A stretch of 59,185 bases of DNA from Candidatus Heimdallarchaeota archaeon. GTDB taxonomy: Archaea; Asgardarchaeota; Heimdallarchaeia; Hodarchaeales; Hodarchaeaceae. The notes below the pieces were generated by a model. That model was not told where the DNA came from. It ran no database searches and saw only the letters and a list, made by a program, of their open reading frames with translations. The stretch is taken from contig CP070695.1 in NCBI GenBank assembly GCA_020353515.1, positions 1,738,150-1,797,334 of the forward strand, written 5' to 3'. Below, in pieces: positions 50,911-59,185 of this stretch. A program made the position numbers and the translations under genes. Numbering within the stretch: the first letter of the stretch is position 1; each line of letters starts with the position of its first letter.

Positions 50911-51123
50911 ATGAACCAAAAAAAGCGGAAAGAAGCGGAGAAGAAAAAACAAGAAGCCATAAAAATGCTAAAGGATGCAGAAAAATTGGAGAAAAAGGCT
51001 AAAAAAAAGATGGTTGAAGCAAAAAAGAAATTCGCAGAGGCAGAAGAGAAATGGGAGGAAGCAAAAAAAGCAAACGCTGAAAAAAAAAAGAAAATGAGTC
51101 AAAAGTGTAAAAGAATAGTTTAG
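50911..51123 (+). CDS. Lys/Glu-rich single-helix protein (paralog of 53736-54107)
   Basis: KKRKEAEKKKQEAIK... matches KKLKEAEKKKQEAMK... GTGAG RBS. Confidence 0.65.
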   Translation: MNQKKRKEAEKKKQEAIKMLKDAEKLEKKAKKKMVEAKKKFAEAEEKWEEAKKANAEKKKKMSQKCKRIV

Positions 51124-51129
51124 ATCTTT

Positions 51130-51237
51130 ATAGGGGAAATTCTAGTAATGCTCATGGGAATATTAATTATGTCATTCATATTTGGCACACCAATAATTCC
51201 TCTATTGGCAGTTGAAGCAACTCCCAATTCAAATTGA
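51130..51237 (+). pseudogene. Relic fragment of a type IIA P-type ATPase (TM5-TM6 region)
   Basis: IGEILVMLMGILIMSFIFGTPIIPLLAV versus AGEIAVMFFGILLTSLIFQTPILPLLAI in 32101-34869: 18/26 identical in the core. Confidence 0.7.
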
Positions 51238-51599
51238 ATAAAATAGAAAAATTGCTATTTTTTTCCAGTCTTAAGTGATTTTTCAGCAGTCTTATGTTTC
51301 TTCTTAATATCATCAATCTGTTTCTTTTCTTCTAGCTTTAGTGTGCTTTAAGTAATTTAATTGGACCTGGTCCTTGGAAAGGAACTTTAATTGCAGAATG
51401 ATTGAGTCAGGTGAAAATTCCTCTCTATTCAATAAGGCCACATTGCAGAGAATAGGTTATGGAGCTTCATGATAAAGATTGACTTCTTATTTGAATTACA
51501 AGATCCAGATGGAAATATAATACCTAATAATGACAATTTTCAGATTTATGTTCTTTAAAAAGAAAAAAGGTATCTTCAAAGGTTCCATTATTAGAAAGA

Positions 51600-52412
51600 T
51601 TATTCAGAATTTATAGCTTGTGTAACTGTGGCAAATTTTACATCCAAATCTAATAAGACTTCTTTTCCCCGTATGGTTAAATCACTAATAAATCGGAATT
51701 GATCACGAGCATCAACTGGATAAGCTTTCAGTTGATAATGTGTCCCCCAGGGTTTCTCTCTGACAATAATCTCAATTGGTTTTTTTAACTGAAGAAAGGG
51801 ACTTGTTATAGCCACATCAAATAATTTTCGCTTGATTAATGCTGCATCATGATTAGGATGCAAGAAGAAGTTTGTAACACAAAGCAGATCTCTACTTCCA
51901 CCAGTAGAGTTGAAGATTGGAGTATCCCAGATTCTTAATTGTGGGATATGGACGATACTATCATCAGGTGTTCGAAGTTCTAGTGATCTTAAACCGATTG
52001 AGATGACCTCCCCATAAATTCCATTGATTTCGATCCAATCTCCAGGTCGATATGGCATCTCGTAAAGAGTCACAATGCCTGCAATCAGGCTACTAACATA
52101 TTCCTTAAGAGCAAAACCAAGAGCAATCCCCAAAGCTCCCAGAAAGGCAATAAGATTTTCAGTTGTTGGGATTATTAATATCGGGAATATGATAATAAAA
52201 GCTCCAACAACTATTAATAGACGTAAGATTGGCATAAGAGCCAGTATATACAATCTACGTTTTCCAGTAAATTTATTAGCCAAAAAAGGAATCCATCGAC
52301 GATTCAACTTCATAATGAGCCATGAGAAGATTAAGATTGCAATGATGAAAAGAATTTCAGTGCTTGTTAACGACCTAAAGAACAGTAATTCCCCATTTTC
52401 GTGAATCATCAC
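51600..52412 (-). CDS. mscS: Small-conductance mechanosensitive channel
   Basis: GALGIALGFALK, SLIAG, PYRPGDWIEI, IGLRS...TPD. Confidence 0.9.
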   Translation of the reverse strand: MMIHENGELLFFRSLTSTEILFIIAILIFSWLIMKLNRRWIPFLANKFTGKRRLYILALMPILRLLIVVGAFIIIFPILIIPTTENLIAFLGALGIALGFALKEYVSSLIAGIVTLYEMPYRPGDWIEINGIYGEVISIGLRSLELRTPDDSIVHIPQLRIWDTPIFNSTGGSRDLLCVTNFFLHPNHDAALIKRKLFDVAITSPFLQLKKPIEIIVREKPWGTHYQLKAYPVDARDQFRFISDLTIRGKEVLLDLDVKFATVTQAINSE

Positions 52413-52422
52413 ACTTCATCTC

Positions 52423-53667
52423 CTAAGGATCATCTATCAGGTATCCCTCACTATTCAAGAATTCTCTTATCCTAGGGTAAGCCATGGGTGCCACCACCCA
52501 ATCTTCTCCTCTATTTTCTATTAAGCCCAAGCGTTTTAATTTATTGAGATTTTGTGTCACTTCTTCCACAGATATAGGTAAGATCTGTGATAGACTTTTG
52601 ATCGGGAGACCATCATGAAGCAATAATGCATGGAGTATATGGGATTCATTTCGTTTAACTCCTTCGGGTATAACTGGAAGGTCTACTTTTTCCCAAGGTA
52701 GCACCCAAATGGTTCGTCGTTTATCCCTCGGATCTATTTCTAATTCGTCCTCTTTCAAAAATAATTCTTCATCAGGATCTGTACGTAGACTGTTACGCCA
52801 GATTCTCCAAGCAATAAGTGGAATACCAGTACTGTAGCCTGCTAAATTCTTTAAGAAATTTGTATCAAATCTAACTAGCTTTTTGTCATCTAGTGGGTCG
52901 TCTGGGCTTAATACATATTTTCCTGTAGTTGTTTCCCTGAAAATAAAATTTCTTCTAGTTGATTGTTTGAATAATGATTTAAACCATATATTCAACCTTT
53001 CATAATCAAAAGGTTTAACTACGAATATCATACGAACGTACATGTCTATTTTCATGATGTATTTCAGATAATTCCAAGTCCAGCTATTTATTCCTATAAT
53101 ACATTGGCAAGAATTTGACCACAACCAATCGAATAATTCTCGTAGAATCGAAAGTCCATTCACATGACGTAAAATACAATGTTCAAGACTGGGTAAGACA
53201 AATGGCGTATCCCCACCTTTATTCTGGAGGGTAAACCAATTCAGATTACTGTCTAGAATCTCTTCTCTCTGAGGGGGATCAAGGATTATCCAATCTCGCT
53301 CTTTTCCCCAGCTTGTCAGTACTTCTGGGGTACCTTCAAATGGGTGACTTATTACAACAACAATATTCCCTTTGGAGGATCCAGACTTCTCCCATTCATT
53401 CAAGGTTAAGTTTAACGCATTTACAGCTCCAGCCCAATCTGGAGAGGGAACAATCCGATCTAATTTCGTTAAAGGGATTTCGGTTAATTCCTTCTGATTC
53501 AAAGATATGCCTGTAATCTCTTTTGTGGGCCTTAATTTCTGAAATATTCCTATAATTCCTTGTCTTACCGTCTCTTCAAGTGGTTTTGCGGGCCTTTTAT
53601 ATTGATTTAATGGTATAAATAACCAGAGTTGTGTTGAGTCAATTTCTTGACCCTTGGATGGGGTCAT
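52423..53667 (-). CDS. Degenerate P-loop/AAA-like protein with C-terminal wHTH, MscS-associated
   Basis: VVVISHPFEG (eroded Walker A), STGIP..A..IW, C-terminal LHALLLHDGL...LNKLKRLGLIE. Ends 10 bp upstream of mscS. Confidence 0.6.
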   Translation of the reverse strand: MTPSKGQEIDSTQLWLFIPLNQYKRPAKPLEETVRQGIIGIFQKLRPTKEITGISLNQKELTEIPLTKLDRIVPSPDWAGAVNALNLTLNEWEKSGSSKGNIVVVISHPFEGTPEVLTSWGKERDWIILDPPQREEILDSNLNWFTLQNKGGDTPFVLPSLEHCILRHVNGLSILRELFDWLWSNSCQCIIGINSWTWNYLKYIMKIDMYVRMIFVVKPFDYERLNIWFKSLFKQSTRRNFIFRETTTGKYVLSPDDPLDDKKLVRFDTNFLKNLAGYSTGIPLIAWRIWRNSLRTDPDEELFLKEDELEIDPRDKRRTIWVLPWEKVDLPVIPEGVKRNESHILHALLLHDGLPIKSLSQILPISVEEVTQNLNKLKRLGLIENRGEDWVVAPMAYPRIREFLNSEGYLIDDP

Positions 53668-53735
53668 TGGTTTAGTTTCCTTACATAATTACCCAAAAGG
53701 AAGAAATCAACACCTGTTTAAATGAAAATTCATTA

Positions 53736-54107
53736 TTACTTTTTCAATCGTTTTTCAGTTTCTTTTCGTTTCTTCTCAGCTTCCTTCTTCGATTTTTCCT
53801 CTTCCTTTTTGGCCTTCTTTTCCGCCTCTTTACGTTTGTGTTCAGCTTCTTTCTTGTATTTCTCCTCTTCCTTTTTGGCCTTCTTTTCAGCCTCTTTACG
53901 TTTGTGTTCAGCTTCTTTCTTTCGTTTTTTCTCTTCTTCTTCACGTTTCTTGATTGCTTCTTGTGTCTTCTTCTCTGATTCCTTTTCTTTCACTTCTGCT
54001 TCTTTTCTCTTTTTCATAGATTTTTTCTCAAACTCATCTGCTTCTTTCATTTTTTTCATGGCTTCTTGCTTTTTCTTTTCCGCTTCTTTCAGCTTTTTCT
54101 CACTCAT
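53736..54107 (-). CDS. Lys/Glu-rich single-alpha-helix-like protein with 22-aa tandem repeat
   Basis: Mostly K/E/A/R; contains KKEAEHKRKEAEKKAKKEEEK twice. Confidence 0.75.
   Translation of the reverse strand: MSEKKLKEAEKKKQEAMKKMKEADEFEKKSMKKRKEAEVKEKESEKKTQEAIKKREEEEKKRKKEAEHKRKEAEKKAKKEEEKYKKEAEHKRKEAEKKAKKEEEKSKKEAEKKRKETEKRLKK
53790..53921. repeat. 66-bp tandem duplication (2 copies plus degenerate flanks)
   Basis: TCCTCTTCCTTTTTGGCCTTCTTTTC.GCCTCTTTACGTTTGTGTTCAGCTTCTTTCTT occurs at 53797 and 53863. Confidence 0.9.
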
Positions 54108-54888
54108 TTTGCAAAACTCCTTTTTTCTTAATTCTAGACTTATCTATATCAAAATAATATATAACTATTGGAGTAGAATTCTTACTTATAAATTACGGTA
54201 ATGCTATTTGATTTCCCCATTTTCAATATGGATTAGAAAGAAGTAAATGTATGTTTTTTTCAACCAGCATTTTCAATTAATTCATTGAATAATATATACG
54301 ATTTGTACTTCTGCTTCTTGGGGAGGAAGTGGGATTTGTAGTGAAACATTGATTTTTAGGAACCTAGTTTATCACTGTATTCGGGGCAATAGGTTGATAA
54401 AAACGGATCTTAGGTTTGTATTATCGGTTTTTGATTGAGCTTTAAATATCAAATCTCTATCAGTGGTCAGTTTTGCTTCAATCTAGTACTAGGGAATTCA
54501 ACTCTAATTTTCCAAATGTTGTCTTTATCGAATCTTTTCACCATGTCCTCATCCCAATAAATTTTATACCCGAATGTTCTGGAATTCTCAGGATCTTTTT
54601 TATTAAATTCTTTTGCATGCAAATTGTTTGGTATTTCTTGTATCTTAAAGTCTCATCTTTCTAAAATCTTTCAAACATGAGTATCCTTACATAAGCATAC
54701 TAGAAAGGGTTTACGAACAAATGGAAAACTAAATTTAATCATCATCTATTATGTCAAATTATAATAATAAAACAGCTTTTATCTTCTTTTAAGTAAGATG
54801 AAAAAATCTGTTCTTGACCAAATACTTTAACTGATAATTGTAACGGATAAGTTGATATTAAAATTTGTATAAGGAGAGATCAAATCTA

Positions 54889-55986
54889 ATGTCACAAATA
54901 TTTCAAACAGGAAAATCAAAGCGACCGATAATTATCAAAAAAAGAAAAAAGAAGGTAGGCCTTCCTCCTGGCACTCCAGTTTTTGTTGGTCGTAAAAAAA
55001 CGGAAACAACAAAGATAACAGTTATAGATTATGATGAAATGAATTTTGAAGAGAAAGAAGTTAAAACAGTAGAAGAATGTCTGCCTTTTAAGGTAAAACC
55101 GACTATAACATGGATAAATATTGATGGTTTACATGATACTTCTGTTTTGGAAAAATTTGGAGAACATTTTTATCTACATCCTTTACTATTAGAGGATATT
55201 CTCAATACAGATCAACGTCCAAAAATTGATGATTATGAAAATCACCTCTATTTAGTTTTAAAAATGCTTAATTACAATGAGGAACGAAAAAGTGTCGTCA
55301 TTGAACAAGTTAGTTTAATTCTTGGAGAAAATTATGTGATATCGTTTCAAGAAAGACCCGAAGATGTATTTAATCCGATTCGTGAACGTATAAAAGGGAA
55401 AAAAGGAAAAATTCGATCCTATGGTGCCGATCACCTTTTTTACGCATTAATTGATGTTATTGTTGATAATTATTTTCTAATTTTAGAAAGATTAAGTGAG
55501 CGAATTGAATTTTTGGAAGAAGAAATAGTTACATCTCCTGGAACTGAGACTTTACAAATAATCCATTCCCTAAAAACCAATATTATTTTCATACGTAAAT
55601 CTGTGTGGCCCTTAAGAGAATTAATTAGTCGACTAGAACGTGGGGGTTCAGCATTGATTCTTCCTGGAACCCAAAAGTACATTAGGGATGTTTATGACCA
55701 TACTATTCAAGTGATCGATACAGTGGAGACGCTTCGAGATATTGTTTCAGGTATACTTGACATATATCTCTCCAGTATTAGCAATAAAATGAACGAAGTA
55801 ATGAAAGTGCTTACCATCATCGCTACAATCGTTATTCCAATGACAGTAGTTTCTGGAATCTATGGAATGAATTTTCAGCTTATGCCTGAATTAACCTGGC
55901 CTATTGGTTACCCTATGGCTCTTTCATTGATGTTGTTGGTTGCTATAATCATGCTAAGTTATTTCTGGAAAAAAGGTTGGTTATAA
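54889..55986 (+). CDS. corA: Magnesium/cobalt transporter CorA
   Basis: GLPPGT, WINIDG, HPL..EDI...QRPK, MNEVMKVLT, YGMNF, MPEL. Start re-called at ATG 54889 after AAGGAG. Confidence 0.95.
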   Translation: MSQIFQTGKSKRPIIIKKRKKKVGLPPGTPVFVGRKKTETTKITVIDYDEMNFEEKEVKTVEECLPFKVKPTITWINIDGLHDTSVLEKFGEHFYLHPLLLEDILNTDQRPKIDDYENHLYLVLKMLNYNEERKSVVIEQVSLILGENYVISFQERPEDVFNPIRERIKGKKGKIRSYGADHLFYALIDVIVDNYFLILERLSERIEFLEEEIVTSPGTETLQIIHSLKTNIIFIRKSVWPLRELISRLERGGSALILPGTQKYIRDVYDHTIQVIDTVETLRDIVSGILDIYLSSISNKMNEVMKVLTIIATIVIPMTVVSGIYGMNFQLMPELTWPIGYPMALSLMLLVAIIMLSYFWKKGWL

Positions 55987-56281
55987 CTGACGTACATCAT
56001 CATGGATGACATGAAACTTTCTTTTACCAAAAATTAGTAGCTAAAGAGGTTTCATTAGTTCAGAAGACTTTTGGATATTAAAGATGAGTCAAGTAATCGT
56101 TCGCTCCTTCATAATTGAAGTAGCTAACATATTAAAAGAGACTGTTTTTACAACATTAAGAAGAGTTAATTGGATTTTTTCCATGATAATTTGATTCAAA
56201 AATATATAAGATAATCATCTCCTCTAAAGAAAAGGATTTATGTTCCTTTTTGATGAGTTGATCTTATGAAGGTGAGTAACA

Positions 56282-57325
56282 TTGATAATGCAGGCTTCGA
56301 TTGAAGAACAAGCAATTTTTGCATTTGCTTTTATAATTGGGGGATTGTTTCTGGGATTAATTCTGGAAATTATAGTTTTTACTAGATTTAGAAGGATTAT
56401 AGGTAAAGCAAAATGGAAAGGAGCAGAAATAATTGTAAAAGCTTTTCGTGGTATCCCTATCTTATGGTTTATGTTGCTAGGCTGCTATGGTGCTATTATA
56501 TCTATCGATTTCATATTTTTATTTGGTATTGATGCCTCAGATATACTTATCAAGATATTATTCATTTTATTTACTCTTTCAATTCTTTTAATACTCGCTA
56601 GAGCTACCCGCGGTTTTGTAATCCATTATGCGGGCAAAACGGAAGGAGCTTTAGCAGCCACTTCCATCGTTACTAATTTGATGAGCTTTATTTATCTTTT
56701 ACTCGGATTTCTAATCATAATTCAATCATTAGGTATTGATATTACCCCTTTATTAACTCTACTTGGGGTAGGGGGTTTAACTGTTGCGTTGGCACTTCAA
56801 CCCACCCTTTCAAACTTCTTTGCTGGTGTTTATCTTCTTGCCTCAAGAGAATTTAAGATAGGAGATTACATCAAGCTTGATACTGGTGAAGAAGGATATA
56901 TTACAGATATGACCTGGAGACATACCATTATTCGTCCACCAGCAAGATATGATATAATAATCCCAAACGCTAAACTATCTACAGCTACAGTAACGAATTT
57001 TGGGGTATCTGATAAGGAAACTGCGTTATCCATACCAGTTGGTGTTGGTTATGATAGTAATCTTAATTTTGTTGAGCATGTCACTATTGATGTTGCTTTG
57101 GAAACAGTAAAGCAAGTTCAAGGAGAAACACCATCAATTCAACCTTATATTCGGTATCACACCTTCTCTCCCTCAAGCATTGACTTTTTTGTTAACATTT
57201 ATTCTAAAAACTTACGGGATCGAGCTAAAATAAGACATGAATTTATTAAAAACCTTTTTGAACGATACAAGAAGGAAGAAATTGATATTCCATTTCCTAC
57301 ATCAGTTATTATATCAAAAAAATAG
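56282..57325 (+). CDS. mscS: Small-conductance mechanosensitive channel
   Basis: GVGGLTVALALQPTLSNFFAG, FKIGDYI, IPNAKL, VGVGY, IDIPFP. Confidence 0.93.
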   Translation: MIMQASIEEQAIFAFAFIIGGLFLGLILEIIVFTRFRRIIGKAKWKGAEIIVKAFRGIPILWFMLLGCYGAIISIDFIFLFGIDASDILIKILFILFTLSILLILARATRGFVIHYAGKTEGALAATSIVTNLMSFIYLLLGFLIIIQSLGIDITPLLTLLGVGGLTVALALQPTLSNFFAGVYLLASREFKIGDYIKLDTGEEGYITDMTWRHTIIRPPARYDIIIPNAKLSTATVTNFGVSDKETALSIPVGVGYDSNLNFVEHVTIDVALETVKQVQGETPSIQPYIRYHTFSPSSIDFFVNIYSKNLRDRAKIRHEFIKNLFERYKKEEIDIPFPTSVIISKK

Positions 57326-57440
57326 AAACCAAGAATCTTGTAGATAAAAAAAAGATAGGGGTGTTGACATTCTCGATTTACCATTGAGAATTAATCTAAG
57401 ATAAGACCTTTATCCTGTGAACTACATCTGGTTTATGCTT

Positions 57441-58355
57441 TTAAATTTTGAATTTATCCCTAATCTCATCATAATTCCTTGTTAACGCAGTCATGAAGTT
57501 TCCAGTTATGTCCAATAATTTAGTTGCACTATCAGAAGCTAGATTGACTTGATAGATTTTATCTAGTCTATTACGTGAATAAACATACCAGGTAATAGGC
57601 TCAGATAGTCTTTCATTGAATTCCTCACCTGTCTTTTCGATGGCTTCGACAGCCCACGCATGTTTTTCGTCAGAATTAGCCCCCCACATTAATGGGTACA
57701 CAAATCGCCTGTCTTGATCCTTTCTGAGAATTAAATGATCTTCTGTTGTTCTTGTATTAATGATAGATTGCCCTAAAAACTTACTATTTGATACCAATAT
57801 GGTATTCCCAGTAGGTAATGTCATTTTAGTATAATTCACTGTGATTTCTTTAACACGCCCTTCAGTTTTGCTATCAGGAAGAATAATGTAATCACCGATC
57901 AAAAAAGGACGTGTAGCCATAATGTAAAGCCCAGCCAAGAAATTACCCATGGTTGTTGTCGACGCGAATCCTATTGCTGTTCCCAAAAGGGCAGAGATTC
58001 CTATCAATGTGCCTTCAAACGCAGGAAAATTATTTAAATAGGCGATAACACAAAATGGTATAATGATCATTCTTCCCAGTACCCTCAATGTGTTGATGAC
58101 GGTCTTGGTCATTCTTGGAGCTAATGCTTCTAGCATTGAGCCCCATATCAGTAGCAACACCATGGCAATAAATATCCAAGTAATTAATTGCACGAATAAC
58201 GTGAAAAGGGTAATGTAGGTTCCAGGTTGCTTAGTTATATCATCAACGGTGGTAGCTAAAGTTTCATCAAGACCAAGATTATGAATTGAAATCATAACTA
58301 GGATGAATATTAAAAAAATAAAAGAGTAGAGAAGCTGTGTTTTATTTATCTTCAT
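57441..58355 (-). CDS. mscS: Small-conductance mechanosensitive channel
   Basis: GTAIGFAS...GNFLAG...RPFLIGDYI...GRVKEITVNYT. Confidence 0.88.
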   Translation of the reverse strand: MKINKTQLLYSFIFLIFILVMISIHNLGLDETLATTVDDITKQPGTYITLFTLFVQLITWIFIAMVLLLIWGSMLEALAPRMTKTVINTLRVLGRMIIIPFCVIAYLNNFPAFEGTLIGISALLGTAIGFASTTTMGNFLAGLYIMATRPFLIGDYIILPDSKTEGRVKEITVNYTKMTLPTGNTILVSNSKFLGQSIINTRTTEDHLILRKDQDRRFVYPLMWGANSDEKHAWAVEAIEKTGEEFNERLSEPITWYVYSRNRLDKIYQVNLASDSATKLLDITGNFMTALTRNYDEIRDKFKI

Positions 58356-58373
58356 TTACCTCAACAGCTTTTC

Positions 58374-58757
58374 TTAAAGGATTCCAATGTTAAAAATGAC
58401 ACGAATTGTATAGAGAATGATTAGAAGTATAGTAGTGAGGAGGATTACCCGGTTAAACTCATTTTCCTTGATAACATAGTAAATGATCAGTGCTGTAATA
58501 GCATATACAATAACTACTCCAACAGGATAGAAAGTTCTATCCTGAAACTCTAAGACCATAGCAATAGTACCGATTGCGGGAAGTATCAAGACTATCAAGA
58601 CTGCTGAAACCAAAATTTTCAACAGATAGCCAGTTTCCATCTCCTTTCGTTTTAGCATATAATATTCAATTAGAACTAGTATAAGCGTAATAAAAATTAT
58701 TTCCAAAATCCAAATTAAAACTTCTTCTGGTAGAACATTTATAATTATTTCAGCCAT
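58374..58757 (-). CDS. Four-TM membrane protein
   Basis: Four hydrophobic segments. Start re-called at ATG 58757 after a GGTGA RBS. Confidence 0.65.
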   Translation of the reverse strand: MAEIIINVLPEEVLIWILEIIFITLILVLIEYYMLKRKEMETGYLLKILVSAVLIVLILPAIGTIAMVLEFQDRTFYPVGVVIVYAITALIIYYVIKENEFNRVILLTTILLIILYTIRVIFNIGIL

Positions 58758-59060
58758 AAGATCACCTGATAGCTTCGAAGCTAGCTTCGAAATAAACATT
58801 TATAAATTCATCGTGGGATTGATATACATCAAAACTTCAGTATTTTTATCTATAAAGGAAAAGCAAGGGGAAGATGTCTATGTCAGAAAAATCATATCTC
58901 AAAAAGGAGAAAAAGGTTCAAACGAGAAATATTAGAGCGGTAATTTTTATTTTTATTACATAGAGATGTATAATAATATTTTTTTGTACTTGAAAACGAT
59001 TTAAAACCTTTTCTCTACCTCATTTAAGATTTATATTAACTGGATAAGATACAACTGGTA

Positions 59061-59185
59061 TTATTTTCTTGGTTTTTTCTTCTCTTCTATCTTTTTCAGA
59101 GCTTTTTCTTTTTCTTGTCCAATTTTCTTTTTCATTTCTATCTTCATTGACACAATTTTTTTTCGTATTTTTTCTACTTCTTTCT
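59061..59185 (-). CDS. Lys/Glu-rich helical protein, 3' end (runs off the window end)
   Basis: Manual translation: ...KEVEKIRKKIVSMKIEMKKKIGQEKEKALKKIEEKKKPRK*. Confidence 0.55.
   Translation of the reverse strand, partial: KEVEKIRKKIVSMKIEMKKKIGQEKEKALKKIEEKKKPRK

Noticed and set aside
53790-53921. Repeat as a CRISPR array
   Set aside because: Direct in-frame coding duplication with no spacers and no cas genes.
53722-54201. 159-aa Phe/Ser-rich plus-strand ORF
   Set aside because: Antisense shadow of the K/E-rich gene; the same applies to 50746-50952 and 45786-45974.
1420-57384. Numerous short ORFs overlapping the called genes (e.g. 1420-1734, 17118-17669, 20817-21296, 37573-37863, 52075-52404)
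   Set aside because: Antisense or alternate-frame shadows of well-supported genes, with no recognisable motifs.

Overview
AT-rich archaeal chromosomal segment, most likely from an Asgard archaeon, possibly Heimdallarchaeia/Hodarchaeales. This is inferred from the archaeal histone, GGTGA/GGAGG ribosome-binding sites, a Rab-like fold and a longin-like domain. From left to right: a partial wHTH regulator divergent from a malic enzyme + hoxEFUYH NAD-coupled [NiFe] hydrogenase operon; a large minus-strand redox cluster (etfBA, FadF/HdrDE-type membrane oxidoreductase, hdrC-hdrB-short hdrA-hdrD-long hdrA-mvhD-short hdrA, D-2-hydroxyacid dehydrogenase); gcvH; hypF; two coiled-coil genes followed by a MoxR-type AAA+ ATPase and a vWA gene; an M48 protease and a SERCA-like P-type ATPase; a degenerate small GTPase, a lipoprotein, a DRG GTPase, a response regulator, an epimerase and an orphan DNA methyltransferase; a THF C1 module (ftcd halves, folD, fhs); a histone; a surface glycoprotein; and an MscS/CorA-rich region interspersed with Lys/Glu-rich helical proteins and gene relics. 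The strongest unexplained signal is a textbook -1 programmed frameshift cassette at 29472-29507 (A_AAA_AAA, about 6 nt spacer, GC-rich hairpin) that would fuse the MoxR ATPase to the vWA protein. No rRNA, tRNA, CRISPR array or intact mobile element was recognised.
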